DNA of 64,000 bases from Guillardia theta CCMP2712 (lineage: Eukaryota; Protista; Cryptophyta): NCBI RefSeq assembly GCF_000315625.1, contig NW_005434666.1:125750-189749 (forward strand). The letters run 5' to 3'. The notes beneath the pieces were generated by a model. That model made no database searches. It had not been told where the DNA came from and saw only the letters and a list, made by a program, of their open reading frames with translations. Below are positions 49,756-64,000 of this stretch, one piece after another. Within the stretch, counting starts at the first letter, position 1. Each line of letters begins with the position of its first letter. The position numbers were made by a program, and so were the translations under genes.

Positions 49756-49828
49756 GGGTTTGTGGCGCAGTTGGGAGCGCGTTAGACTGAAGATCTAAAG
49801 GTCCTGTGTTCGATCCACGGCGAGCCCA
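49756..49828 (+). tRNA. tRNA-Phe (GAA), intronless
   Basis: Acceptor stem GGGTTTG/CGAGCCC-A, D arm GCGCAGTTGGGAGCGC, anticodon arm TTAGA-CTGAAGA-TCTAA, T loop GTTCGATC. A T run near 49870 could act as the Pol III terminator. Confidence 0.96.
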
Positions 49829-50099
49829 GAAGCTGAATATGGCTTCTGCAACCAAAGTGGGACCCCTTGCTTTTTAACCGGACGGGCTCAGCTGCCTCAG
49901 ATCTGCTCTGCCTCCTGTTACCTTTTTGATTGGTGGTTGGATCTACTCTGCCTCCTGTTTTCCGTTAGTAGCCTGTACAACGAAAAGGTTCTTGTAAGTG
50001 ATGGAAGAGGACAAGACAAAAGACAGGAAGTTTATCTTTTGTCAGCACAAGTACCTAGAACCAGATACATCTTGTAGGATTCAGGCCCACTCAGAAAAC

Positions 50100-50425
50100 T
50101 TGTGACCGTGCCGCCCCGGTAGCCGCCCGGAGTCTGCGCGGCCGGGCTCGCGGGGCCCCGGCGTCAGACCAGGCCGGGCTTGAAGACCGACAGTGACTGG
50201 CCGCACTGCGGCAGTGTTGGCTGTGGTATGCCGGGTACTGAGCGGGCTCAGTACCACGCCGTGACGGCCCCAGCCCGCGGCCGCGTGGAGCCTGATCTTG
50301 AGCCGCGCCGGGCCCGCCGGCCCGGCGGGCCGGCGGGCCGGATCATGATCGGATCATGATCGGACGGACGGAGGCTGCCAGCCGGGCCTGACGGTCACTG
50401 AGTCAGTGAGTCACGGTGGCACCGT
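50100..50425. other. Palindrome-dense GC/CpG island (similar at ~2250-2370, 38705-39225, 58830-59220)
   Basis: Perfect hairpins at 50234-50255 and 50311-50339, tandem GGATCATGATC, and many CCGG/GGCC sites. Confidence 0.6.
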
Positions 50426-50937
50426 AAGTTTGACTAGGCCAATCAAACGGCAGGTCGTGGTGGCTGCGGCATGCCGCAGCAGCAGTAGAAGGCAGGCTGA
50501 AGGGAAACACGCGGCGGCGATGACGCTCAGCGGTAGGCTGACGTGCTCGCATAAGTAAATCAGCTAGTGGAGAAGATGAGCCTAGATGTGAAGATGAACT
50601 TGAAGAGGAAGCTGAAGGCATGAAGTGGTAGGGAAGAATGATGATTTTCGACTCGATTTGTAGTTTGTCATCTGTACATGTTCATGTGTCTGAGATGGTG
50701 AAGCATCACGATGTAACATGGACTTGGATGCATGTTGTTCATGTCTGATTGTCTTGGTTCAACAATACCTTTTGTAGATGTTCCTCCAGTTGCACTGTTC
50801 AGTCTAAAGAAATGCTCGTGTTTCAGGAGAACGTTTCGTTTCAACTTCCATCTCCGAACGAGGTCGGATGAGCTTACCAAGTGAAAACAACCCCTCGTAG
50901 CACACCCAGCAGCAGACGAGTTCAACGCTGACCAGCT

Positions 50938-53945
<3,008 letters not shown>

Positions 53946-54074
53946 AATCATGGTGAGAAAGGAAGAGGAGGAAGAGGACGAGAATGAGGAGGAAGAGGAG
54001 GACGAGGAAGAGGAGGACGAGGAAGAGGGCGAAGACGAGGACGTCCAAATTTTGTCTGCTTTAGTATTTACATC

Positions 54075-55673
54075 AACATCGCAATACACCAGCGTGCTTT
54101 TCATCCCCGACCAGCTGCTCCTTCTCTCCTGCTCCTGCTCCCGCTCCTGCTCCTCCCCCTCCCCCGTCCTCCTCTCCCTCCTCCTCCTCCGCTGTTTCCA
54201 CGCGCTCACGCTGNNNNNNNNNNNNNNNNNNNNNNNNNNNNNNNNNNNNNNNNNNNNNNNNNNNNNNNNNNNNNNNNNNNNNNNNNNNNNNNNNNNNNNN
54301 NNNNNNNNNNNNNTAAATTGAAGGGAGAGGGGAGAGAGGGGAGAGGAGAGGAGGGGAGAGGAGAGGAGAGGAGAGCAGAGGAGAGGAGAGCAGAGCAGAG
54401 TAGAGTAGAGCAGAGTAGAGTAGAGTAGAGTAGAGTAGAGCAGAGCAGAGCAGAGCAGAGGAGAGCAGAGGAGAGGAGAGGAGAGGTGAGGAGAGGAGAG
54501 GAGAGGTGAGGTGAGGTGAGCAGAGGAGAGGAGAGGAGAGGAGAGGAGAGGAGAGGAGAGCAGAGCAGAGCAGAGGCTGATTGAGGAGGGCAGGGGAGTT
54601 ACCGTTGGCTTGCGGGGGTTCGAGTTCCTGTTCTTGCCCGCCTTACCCGCGCCCTCCTCCTCCTCCCTCACCCTCCCATCTCTGTCAACGTGCCCGCGGT
54701 CGACAACCCAGCGAACGATGTCGACGAAGTTCATGCTGGAAGCTCTTCGGAGGATTTTGAGCCAAACAGAGTCCCCTTCCTCCTCCTCCTCCTCCCTGCC
54801 TCTCTCCTCTGTCTCCTCGTCCTCCTCTTCCTCCTTCTTGCCCTTGTCTCGAGGTCCCTCCTCCTTCTGCTCCTCCTCCTCCATCGGCCATGGCCCAACA
54901 CTGTTCCGCAGGTAGTCGACGTAGGTGGCAAGCTGTGGCCGGGCAAGGAGCTCGGCAGGAGCAAAGACCCCGAGCAGCTCCCCAAACTCCCCCTGCTCCT
55001 TCCCCACCTCTCTCGCGTCCTCCGCCTCCTCGCACGCCTGCACAAACTTCTGATGCAGCTTCCTGCATGCTCGCAGGGCCGCGAGAGAGTCTCCCCCCAG
55101 CTCCTGGAAGTGCCACCAGCTGCAGGTCCTCGTGAGAAGGAGAAGGGGCAGAGCAGGCGAAAAGAGGAGAGGGAGAGAGGAGGAGAGGGAGAGAGGAGGA
55201 GAGACAGAGAGGAGGAGAGACAGAGAGGAGAGGAGGAGAGAAGGAAAGCAGAGACGGAAAGGAGGAGAGGAGGAGAGCAGAGGAGAGGGGGAGAGACAAG
55301 GGGGGAAGGGAGGGAAGTTGAGGGAAAGAGGAGGCGAGCCAAGAGGACTGGAGACAGCAAGGAGCCTTTCTCACCTACGACATCGCGCATCGATTCTCCC
55401 CGCCGTCAGCTCCTCTGCCCAGCACACAGCAACGCTCTTCGTCCATCCTTCCTCCTCGTCAGTCCCTCAATCGCTTCACGCATGCCTTACCATCCAACTT
55501 GGTCTGCTTGCCGACAGTCTCCTCCTCCTCCTCCTCTCTTCATGTCAGCCCGGGCACTCCCTTCCTCTGCTCCTTACCGTGAACATGGTGAACCTTCTTT
55601 GCAGCTCTTCCTCCACCGTCTCCTTCAAGGATGCTCTGACAGACTCTCTCACTCTCCTCCTCGTCCTTCTGCT

Positions 55674-55729
<56 letters not shown>

Positions 55730-55803
55730 CTCCTGCCTCCTGCCTCCTGCCTCCTGCCTCCTGCCTCCTGCCTCCTGCCTCCTGCCTCCTGCCTCCTGCC
55801 TCC

Positions 55804-55835
<32 letters not shown>

Positions 55836-58755
55836 CTCCTGCCTCCTGCCTCCTGCTCCTGCTCCTCCTGCCTCCCGCTCCTGCTCCTGCTCCTGCTCCT
55901 GCCTCCTGTTCCTCCACCTCCACCTCCAATGCATCTCTGCCTTTTCTGAAGGCGAACACAAGGAGAGGAGAGTGATAGGAATAGTGTCTTGACTTCTACT
56001 GTCTGCTACCCTCCCTTCCCCTCCTCTCCTCTCCTCTCCTCTCCTCTCCTCCTCTCCTCTCCTCCTCTCCTCTCCTCCTCTCCTCCTCTCCTTGTTTCCT
56101 CATCGCTATTTTGCCACAATTATATGTTAGATGTTGACGCACCACCAGATCTTTGAAGGTACTGGATTGCAACTTGACCCAATCAGCAAACATGTTCTCG
56201 TCGACTCCAAGTAAGCATTCAACATCAAAACCAAATTAACAGTTGTGGTCAAGATTTAGCTAATTGTTGTCATCTATTCATGATCACGATTATAATGATG
56301 ATGTTGAGATGATGATGAATTGAGGAATACAAAAATTGAGAGTTCATGGAGACAGCATGGACTGCGACGATAGAAATCTGACAACATTTTTCAGGTTGCA
56401 AACGAATATCGAGGTTTGTAACTGACAATGTCTGACGTTCTTTCATCTCACACACAAGCAAGAATGTGTTTGCTGTAGGAGACATTATCAAGTTTCCGCA
56501 GACCTTCGGGGAAGAACTCACAGTACAGGAGCATGTGACTCACGCGAGAGCGTCTGGCAAGGTGAGAGGGAGAGGGAGGGAGGGAGGGAGGGAGGGAGGG
56601 AGGGANNNNNNNNNNNNNNNNNNNNNNNNNNNNNNNNNNNNNNNNNNNNNNNNNNNNNNNNNNNNNNNNNNNNNNNNNNNNNNNNNNNNNNNNNNNNNNN
56701 NNNNNTTCACCTGATCAGCTCTTTCAGCAGCTGCTCCCTGCATGACTTCCTCTCCTGCACCGCATGCACAGCCCTCGAGTCGAGAATCTCCTCCTCCTGC
56801 TTCTCCTCCTGCTGCTCTCCCTCCGCAGCATCCTTGCAGACTGCAGCTAGGACTGCCCTCCCTCTTTGCTGGACGGAGACCACAACACAGGAGGAGAGCA
56901 GCGGCGACGAGAACGACGCAACCACGTCTTCCGTCTCCCCAACCTCGACTCTCTTCCCGTTGATCTTCACCTGGCAGTCCCTCCTGCCCCGAAGGCTCCA
57001 TCCTCCTGCCGTAGCGCAGGCGATGTCCCCCGTCCGGAAGCAAGGCCCCAACGTAGGATGCGGAACGAAGCGCTCCTGCGTCAGCTCCGGGAGGAGGAGG
57101 TACCCCAGCCCCACCTGCGGCCCAGCGATCCAGATCTCTCCCTCCTCCCCGCTCCCCTCCTCCACAAGATGCGACGGGTCCGATCCGTCCCCTGCCACCA
57201 GCAGCAGCATGTTGTCTCCTATTGCCCTCCCAATGCTCTTAGTGTCCCCTCCTCTCCTCATCCTGCTGCAGCTCTGGTACACCGCACACTCCGTCACCCC
57301 GTACACGTTCAGCAGCAGCACCTCCTCCCCCCACTCCTCCACAAGGCTCTGCCTCATGCTCTCTCCTCCTAGCGCCACCACCCTCAGGTCCTGGAGGTCC
57401 GCAGGGCCGAGACTCCCGTGGAGGGAGAGGAAGAGGGTGGGTGTTGTGAGCAAGTGGGAAGCTCGAAATTCCTGGAGGCACTTTCCCAACGAGGACAGGA
57501 TCGTTCTCTTGGACGCCACACACAGAACGCCTCCTGCCATCCACGTGGAGAAGATATCGCCCAGGCAAGGGTCGAAGGTGTGCGGTGAGGCGAGAAGGCA
57601 GGAGGAAGAGGAGGAGAACTCGAAGACCTCGTTCCTCGCCCTGCAGTAGCGCAGCAGCGCCGTCTCGCCGACGACGCATCCCTTAGGAAAGCCTGTCGAG
57701 CCGCTCGTGAAGTAGATGTGCGATATCCGCTCTCCCTCCTCCACCTCCTTCGACTTGACCTCCTCCCTCTGCACCTGATGTTGGCAGCGTTCAATGACAG
57801 TGAGCAGAAGGGAAGGAGGAGGAAAGAGAGGAGGGAGGAGTGGAGGAGAGAGGAGCGAAGATCGACAGGATAGGGAGAGAGGAAAGCAGGAGGAGGAGGG
57901 TGCAGGAGGAAGGGAGTCGATTGAGCTGAGATGAGAAGGTCACAACCGGTGACGGCTCGACATCGAGGGGAAGGAGCTGGGAAACTAGCAATACAGCTGG
58001 AGGGCGGATGCCAGCAGCTGCCGCTGCTTGCTGGACCCTCCTCGCCGTGCTCCCGTCCTTCAAGATCACCACCAGCGGCCTCGTGTGCTGGCCAGCCTTG
58101 GAGTGAGCAGGAGCAGCAGATACAGTTATCTTACTGCCAGCATCTTCGAAAGCCGGGACTCAGTCTCCAGGGGATCGAAGGGACAAATCGTGAAGCCCGC
58201 TATGAGAACTCCGAGAAAGCACTGGAGACGGACAGCAGAGTTAACGTCTCCTCCCTCCCCTCCCCTCCCTTACCTCCCCTCCCCTCCCTTTCCTCCCTTT
58301 CCTCCCTTTCCTCCCCTTCCTCCCCTCTCGCGCCTACCAGGGGGAGGTAGGGCCCTTCGTCGACGAAGACGCCTACAACTTTGGGACAAGTAGAATCGCA
58401 TGAAGAGCGCTTCTCCCTCCCCTGACTGACAAGCTCTGCGATCAAGCTTGCCCTGCGTCTTGTCAGGAGGAGCATGCAGCGGGTTACCATGGGCGCCTAC
58501 CTCTCCCAGATCTGGCTGTACGTCATGTGCTGCATCCTCCCGCGGCTCTCTGGCAGCCATGACATCCCAATGGCATTGGGGGATGCCCTCACCTTGCAGC
58601 CAGTCAGCCTCGCGACTCTCTGAGCCATCGCCTTCCTCCGCTCTTCTTCTTCCTCCCTGTCTCATCTACCTCCTCCCTCCTCCTTCCTCCTTCCTCCCTC
58701 CTCCCTCCCATGCGCATCGCCGCCTTACCGCCGCCTCCACCGCTGCCGTCACCAT
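54075..58755 (-). CDS. Stand-alone NRPS-like protein: adenylation domain + thiolation (PCP) domain + ankyrin-like repeat(s); interrupted by two gaps
   Basis: A1 MTYSQI, A2 LIAGFTICPFDP, A3 YFTSGSTGFPKG, A4 TFDP, A5 NVYGVTE, A6 GEIWIAGPQVGLGYL, A7 FRTGD, A8 GRRDCQVKINGKRVEVGETE. PCP motif HFQELGGDSLAALR (Ser codon 55088-55086). Ankyrin-like LRRASSMNFVDIVRWVVDRG and TPL. Confidence 0.85.
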
Positions 58756-59490
58756 AGTCCACGTGAAGTTACTGCCCCCGCCCCTCAAATCTCCACTCGA
58801 GAGAAATTTATAGCACGAAGTGCTGTCCCGCGGTAGTAGCCGCTGGACCGGGCCCGGCGGTGCCGTCAGCTGCCAGCGGGCCGGGGACCCGGGCCGCCAA
58901 GGCCCGCCGGACTAGTCACCGGCGAGCGGCCGCTTGCAACGTTCAACGGTTGGTTCACACACTGAATAGGTCGGAAGGGTCACCATGCCAGTGCCGAATT
59001 GAAACTAGGCTGGCACCGCTGAACGGCGGGGCCCCCAGGCGGGCTGCCCCCGCTTCCGAAGCGGCTGTACTCAGTGTACGATTGACACGGACGGTCCGAG
59101 GGCCCGGGCCGGACGCTATACCGTCCGATCGCCGGGTAACCCGGTTAGGGGCCCGGCCGGCCCGGGGGGACTCAACTTGCCGCACTGCCGTGAGGCTCCC
59201 GATGACGGTTACGCAGCGTTAAAAGGGATCCTTTCTACTGAAGGTGGTGGGGGTCAATTTGTTACGGGTGGTTTGAGAATTTGCTGTATAAATATAGGAT
59301 AAAGGGGGGTGATGACATGGTATTGTAGGGGTGAATATTCAATGAAGGGGGTGGGTATTTGAATCAGAGGGTAAGGGTAGCAGATGGTTATTGCCATGGC
59401 AGTGAGGGTGTAGGTCACAAGTCGCGAGTTCCTGCATGGCGAGGAGGAGGAGAAGGGAGAAGAGCGACGACTGCAGAAGAGGATCAGAGT

Positions 59491-59529
<39 letters not shown>

Positions 59530-59718
59530 ACAGGATCACCAGGATGCGATCAGAACGAGAGTAATGTCGGAGCCAGAAGCCGGGAATATGGCGGGAAGAA
59601 ACGGAGGGGTAGAGGTTGATAGGCGGGTGCCTGGTTGCCAGCGGCAGGAGTTGTGGGGCAGCAGGATAAGACGATACGTGTAGTGAGTTAGAGGGAGAAG
59701 GGGCAGAGATGCAAAGAT

Positions 59719-60961
59719 TCACACAAGCATTTTTTCAAGGAGATGCAGGATTACATTGCCAACTACCAAACAAGAACTCTCGCTGAAAGCCGACAAGAGG
59801 ATGCGAACTGATGTCTCTCTGTACTTGTGGTTACTGTCGAAACCATATGAGCAAGCTGTATTTTCTGTCTGCACATGTTTTTTCAATGTGATCGGAAGCT
59901 TTGTTGAGGATCTGACCGACCTTCTCCAGCAAGGGCAGAGAACAAATGTCGTCGAACTGCCGTAACTACCACCGTCTTGCATGAGGATGGTTTGTGTTGT
60001 GATCACATGATGTAGGTCGACAATGTTTCGTTGTCTTGCTCGCGTGCTTGACCTCGCAAGGATGGGCCTTCATGTGTGGAATGCACGGTGAGAACAGCTG
60101 TTTACTGTCTATCGGGAGCCTGAAGGTTTTCCTCTCACTTTCAGCATCAAGCAAACTGTGTGGAGGTCGACTGCTGTCAGACTGCTGCCAGCGACGTTCA
60201 GGCAGAGGTCACCTTGAGGTGCGGAGCAGCCTGACGGGAGGTAAGAGGTGACAGCAGTGCCGAGGGTTGTTCCTGACATGTTTTTCATAGAGTGTCGGAG
60301 GAACAACTTCCATCCTCCGCATCGAGCTCGATCGGCATCGTTGCTAGCGGTCTGTCGTCGACTGTTGAGTGTCCAAGGAGCGCTCATCATTCTGGGACAG
60401 CACGAAAGCCGGTCTGTCTCTCGATCGGCGGGGGCAGTGCTCAAAGAAACAGTTGTGCGATCGTGGGAATGGATGCGAACAGGTAAACTGTCACAGCGAT
60501 CGGGACAGATCCGCTTGTTGCCTATCGCAGCATCTCACTGGCGACACAGTTGTAGCAAGACTTCTTGTCCTCACCGTCTTGACCTTCTCGATGTTGAGCC
60601 CGAAGGACATGTCGTCTCCCGCCTTTCTCTTCTGGGTGATGAGAGGCTTGATGGTGATTGGAGCAAGGGGCTGAAACATGTGAAAGAAATCGCAACCTGC
60701 GAAGCAGGAGCTGGTGGTGGAGGCGAAAGCTCCTCCTGGGTCAGCCCTGCCCACCTCTACAGGACCAAACTCCCCGCTGATGTTGATAGCAGCGGAAGCC
60801 TGTTGCTGGAAAACATCGCCGTGCCTGAGATCAAATTAAGCAGGTGAGGTCTTTGCAGCTCGTGGAGGAGGGTTCATAGGGACTGAAGCTAGTTCAAGGG
60901 AAAACCAGCTGGTTACCTTCTGGAAGCAGCAGTCCCTGCTGAAGAAATCCCTTATTTCCAT
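59719..60961 (-). CDS. Hypothetical multi-exon protein
   Basis: MEIRDFFSRDCCFQK followed by a GT donor, then coding-like exons (..KRKAGDDMSFGLNIEKVK..; LRQFDDICSLPLLEKVGQILNKASDHIEK). No family recognised. Confidence 0.4.
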
Positions 60962-61125
60962 CTTCTCCTGTATCCTCTGTGATCCCCGACTTGTCAAACC
61001 GTCCTGTCGAGTTGACCCCCTCCCCCTGCAGTCTTGCCCGTCCTGTCCCGCGTTGCCCGCATGTTCTTCCTCATCTCAAAATCTCTGCAGAAGGCTCCGC
61101 TGTTTCAGGTCGTCCTCCCCTGCTC

Positions 61126-61241
61126 ATGCCTCCCCGTCCCCTGACGCGACACGTTCAGCGAGAGAGCGTCCGTGTCATGATGGTGCAGGTTGTGTTGGTC
61201 GGGGATGAGGCCGCTAGGGTGCAGAAGGTTCCTTCTCCTCC

Positions 61242-61288
<47 letters not shown>

Positions 61289-63872
61289 CTCGTCCTCGTC
61301 CTCCTCCCTCTTCCACCTCGTCCTTTCCCCCTTCCTCCCTCGTCCCCCCCCCTCCTCGTCGTGCTCTTCATGCCTCATCCTCCCTCCTCTCCCTCCTTGC
61401 CCTGTTCCTCGTCCTCCTTTCTCTCCTCGTCCTCCTCGTCGTTTTTTCCTCGCCTTCCTCCTTGTCCTCTTCGTCCTTCCTCTTGGGACAGAAAGGTGAC
61501 CAGGCTCCACAGCGCTTCAAGGAGCTTTCCTTCCGCCGCGACGAGCTCGCCGATCGTATGCGATGGGCTGTGCGCAATGACGTGACGCTCAAAGATGCCG
61601 AGAGGTCCTACAACTTTCTCCTCGCTCCCCTTCCCTTCCCTTTCCTTCCCTTCCCTTTCCTTCCCTTCCCTTCCCTTCCCTTCCCTTCCCTTCCCTTCCA
61701 GCCCTTCCCTTCCAGCCCTTCCCTTCCTGCCCTTTCGTCCCCTGATCTCTCGATGTCCTCCTCTTTCGTCTCCTCCTGTCCATCTTCTCCTGACCTGTCA
61801 TGCTCCCTGTACAGAGCCGTGGAGGAGCACGAGGGTGACGGGATGGTACGCGAGGTCTTCCGCTTGCTTGCTAGTCATGCAGCAGCAGGGAGAGGCTGCT
61901 GTCCTCCGGCAGGCAGCTCGGATGCTGCTGAGCTCGCGGCAGGGCGGGTGGGTTGCAGGGAAGGTGGAGGTGAACTCGTTCCGTCTGTCCGAGACTCTTG
62001 ATGCTCAGGAGGAGTTTTTTTCGCGCTGCTCCAAGGTGAAGCACTTGATGAGATGAAGGGAATGAGAGAGGACGAGATGTGGTCGGGGAGGGGGCAAAGA
62101 GTTGAGGGAGGAAGGGAAGGAGATGGGAAGAGAGAGAGAGAGGAGGAGGGACGGGACAAGGCGGGCACGGGGGACGAGACGGACGGCGAGGGGTACGGGG
62201 ACAAGGACGACNNNNNNNNNNNNNNNNNNNNNNNNNNNNNNNNNNNNNNNNNNNNNNNNNNNNNNNNNNNNNNNNNNNNNNNNNNNNNNNNNNNNNNNNN
62301 NNNNNNNNNNNGGAGGAGGGGAGCGAGAGGATTATTTCCTTGTTTTCATTGGACTGGTAGGTGCGGGATGATCTTGGGGCCTTTGAAGGAACTCGATACG
62401 GCAAGAGTCGACCGGAGGGCGTGGGAAGGGAGGACGCGGCTGTGAAGGAGGTGAGAGGGAGCGGACTGGTGAGGAGGACGAGAAAGTCCAGAGGATGAGG
62501 GCAAGCTGATGGGGACGAGTGATAGGCGAGAGGTGGGGGTCAGGTGGAGTAGGAGAGCAGAGAGAGGAGAGGAGGGGAGAGAAAAGAAGGAGATGAGAAG
62601 GGAAAGGATGGGGGAGAGGAGGGGAGAGGAGGGGAGGGGAGCGGAGGGGAGGGGAAACGGAGGCGGAGGGGGGGGGGTTGGTAGGCGTCCGTCGCAAAAT
62701 CATTTTGTGCAGTTGTGGAAGGAAAACAATGCCTTGAGAGAAACGATGCAGAAAGTGGAGAGTCAGCGAGCAAGCGGAGAGAATGCGGTTGAGGTATCCT
62801 GCTGCTGCTGCTGCTGCTCCTCCTCCTCCTCCTCCTCCTCCTCTTCCTCCTCTTCCTCCCCCCGGTTCCCCAACTCCCCCTTCCGTCCTCCTCTCCTCCC
62901 TGCTCGCCCTTTTCATGGTCTACTTCTCCCCTGTCTTTCTGTTCTTCGTTTCCTCGTGAGCGCTTCTATTCGCTTCAGTCATGCTGTCGCAGAGCTCCAG
63001 CGCTACAAAAGACGATCAGGACAAGTATCTCATCGCCACCATTGTGACTGCTTCAGTGAGTCAGCGGAAGAGAGGAAGGAAGATGGGGTCTTGTAGAGGA
63101 GGACGAGGAGGAGGACGAGGAGGAGGACGAGGAGGAGGACGAGGAGAACGAGGACAAGGACGGGGATGGGGACAAGGAGGAGGAGGAGCAGGAGGTGGCG
63201 GGGGACGGGGAACTGAATGAGCTTTACAGCTGGGGAGGGCCGAGAAGGATTTGTCAATCGCCAGGAGGATGGAAATGAGCAACTTGAGGACGCCGGAAGC
63301 GCTAGGTAGCGACTGCTCTCTTCCTTCCAGCTCTACTTGACCTCCCCTTGCAACAGGCGAGCTGGCAAGGACGACAGCAGATAGCTTGTGAGCATCTGAC
63401 TGCTCCTGCTCCTGCTTCTGCTTCTGCTTCTGCTCTTGCACCTGCTCCTGATCCTGCTGATCTCGTCACCTCTTCCCTCCTTCTTTCCCCCAGCACCTCT
63501 TCTTCGTCTCCTCCTCCTCGTTCGCTGCAGAGAGGGCTGATAGAGGAACAGGTTGTCGCTGGAGCTTCTGTGGGCACCTGAGAACGGGGAAAGATGGCTG
63601 ACCAAGGTAAGAGCAGTGGATTAGGCGCAAGCTTGACAAGCTGTCAGGATGAAGTCTTGAAGAGTATGAACATCCGACGATCGCGAGTACGAGGAGGAGG
63701 AGAGAGAAGAGGGGAGGAGAGAGAAGGGGAGGAAGAGAGGAGAGAGAAGGGGAGGGGAAGGGAGGAGGGAAGAGAAGAGGGAAGCAGGGATAGGATTTCG
63801 AGGAAGCTCACTATGCTGCAGGGATACGCGTCTATTCAAAGTCTGGACTTGTACGGGAAAGTTTTATGGTGA
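61126..63872 (+). CDS. Hypothetical multi-exon coiled-coil protein
   Basis: Short exons between microsatellite introns: KGDQAPQRFKELSFRRDELADRMRW, LWKENNALRETMQKVESQRASGENAVE and GYASIQSLDLYGKVLW*. Confidence 0.45.
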
Positions 63873-63948
63873 GAGAAACGGCAGAGGGAGAAAACCAAAT
63901 TAAATGATGTCATGAACCGATATAAGGGAGGGAGGGAGGGTGGGAGGG

Positions 63949-64000
63949 AGGGATGGATGGATGGATGGATGGATGGATGGATGGATGGATGGAGGGATGG
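63949..64000 (+). repeat. (GGAT)n microsatellite
   Basis: Tandem GGAT units, with one interruption, up to the window end. Confidence 0.9.

Noticed and set aside
54690-55992. Long plus-strand ORFs of 419 and 286 aa
   Set aside because: Antisense to the PCP/ankyrin exons and inflated by simple repeats.

Overview
Gene-dense, intron-rich eukaryotic nuclear DNA. Short GT-AG introns with a CTGAC/CTAAC branch site close to the acceptor, microsatellite-filled introns and a bipartite-targeted protein suggest an alga with a secondary plastid, probably a cryptophyte such as Guillardia (inference). The window holds about 14 protein genes, one tRNA-Phe(GAA) and six N-gaps. The main feature is a 26-kb gene for a giant polycystin-1-like surface protein: signal peptide, roughly 45 filamin-type Ig repeats, REJ, GAIN/GPS and five TM helices, but no PLAT and no channel domain. 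Next to it is a spliced gene fusing three SMN-type Tudor domains, a PAM2-like motif, an RRM and a degenerate Hsp70 module. Also present: a stand-alone NRPS-like adenylation-thiolation-ankyrin gene, a 67-aa microexon gene absent from the ORF track, ATG10, a tetraspanin, a TVP38/TMEM64 protein, a NOVA-like 3xKH protein, a membrane C2 protein and an HTH protein. Intergenic DNA contains two recurring unexplained element classes: GGGGTA/TACCCC-rich blocks and palindrome-dense GC islands. Exon boundaries were read by eye and are approximate.
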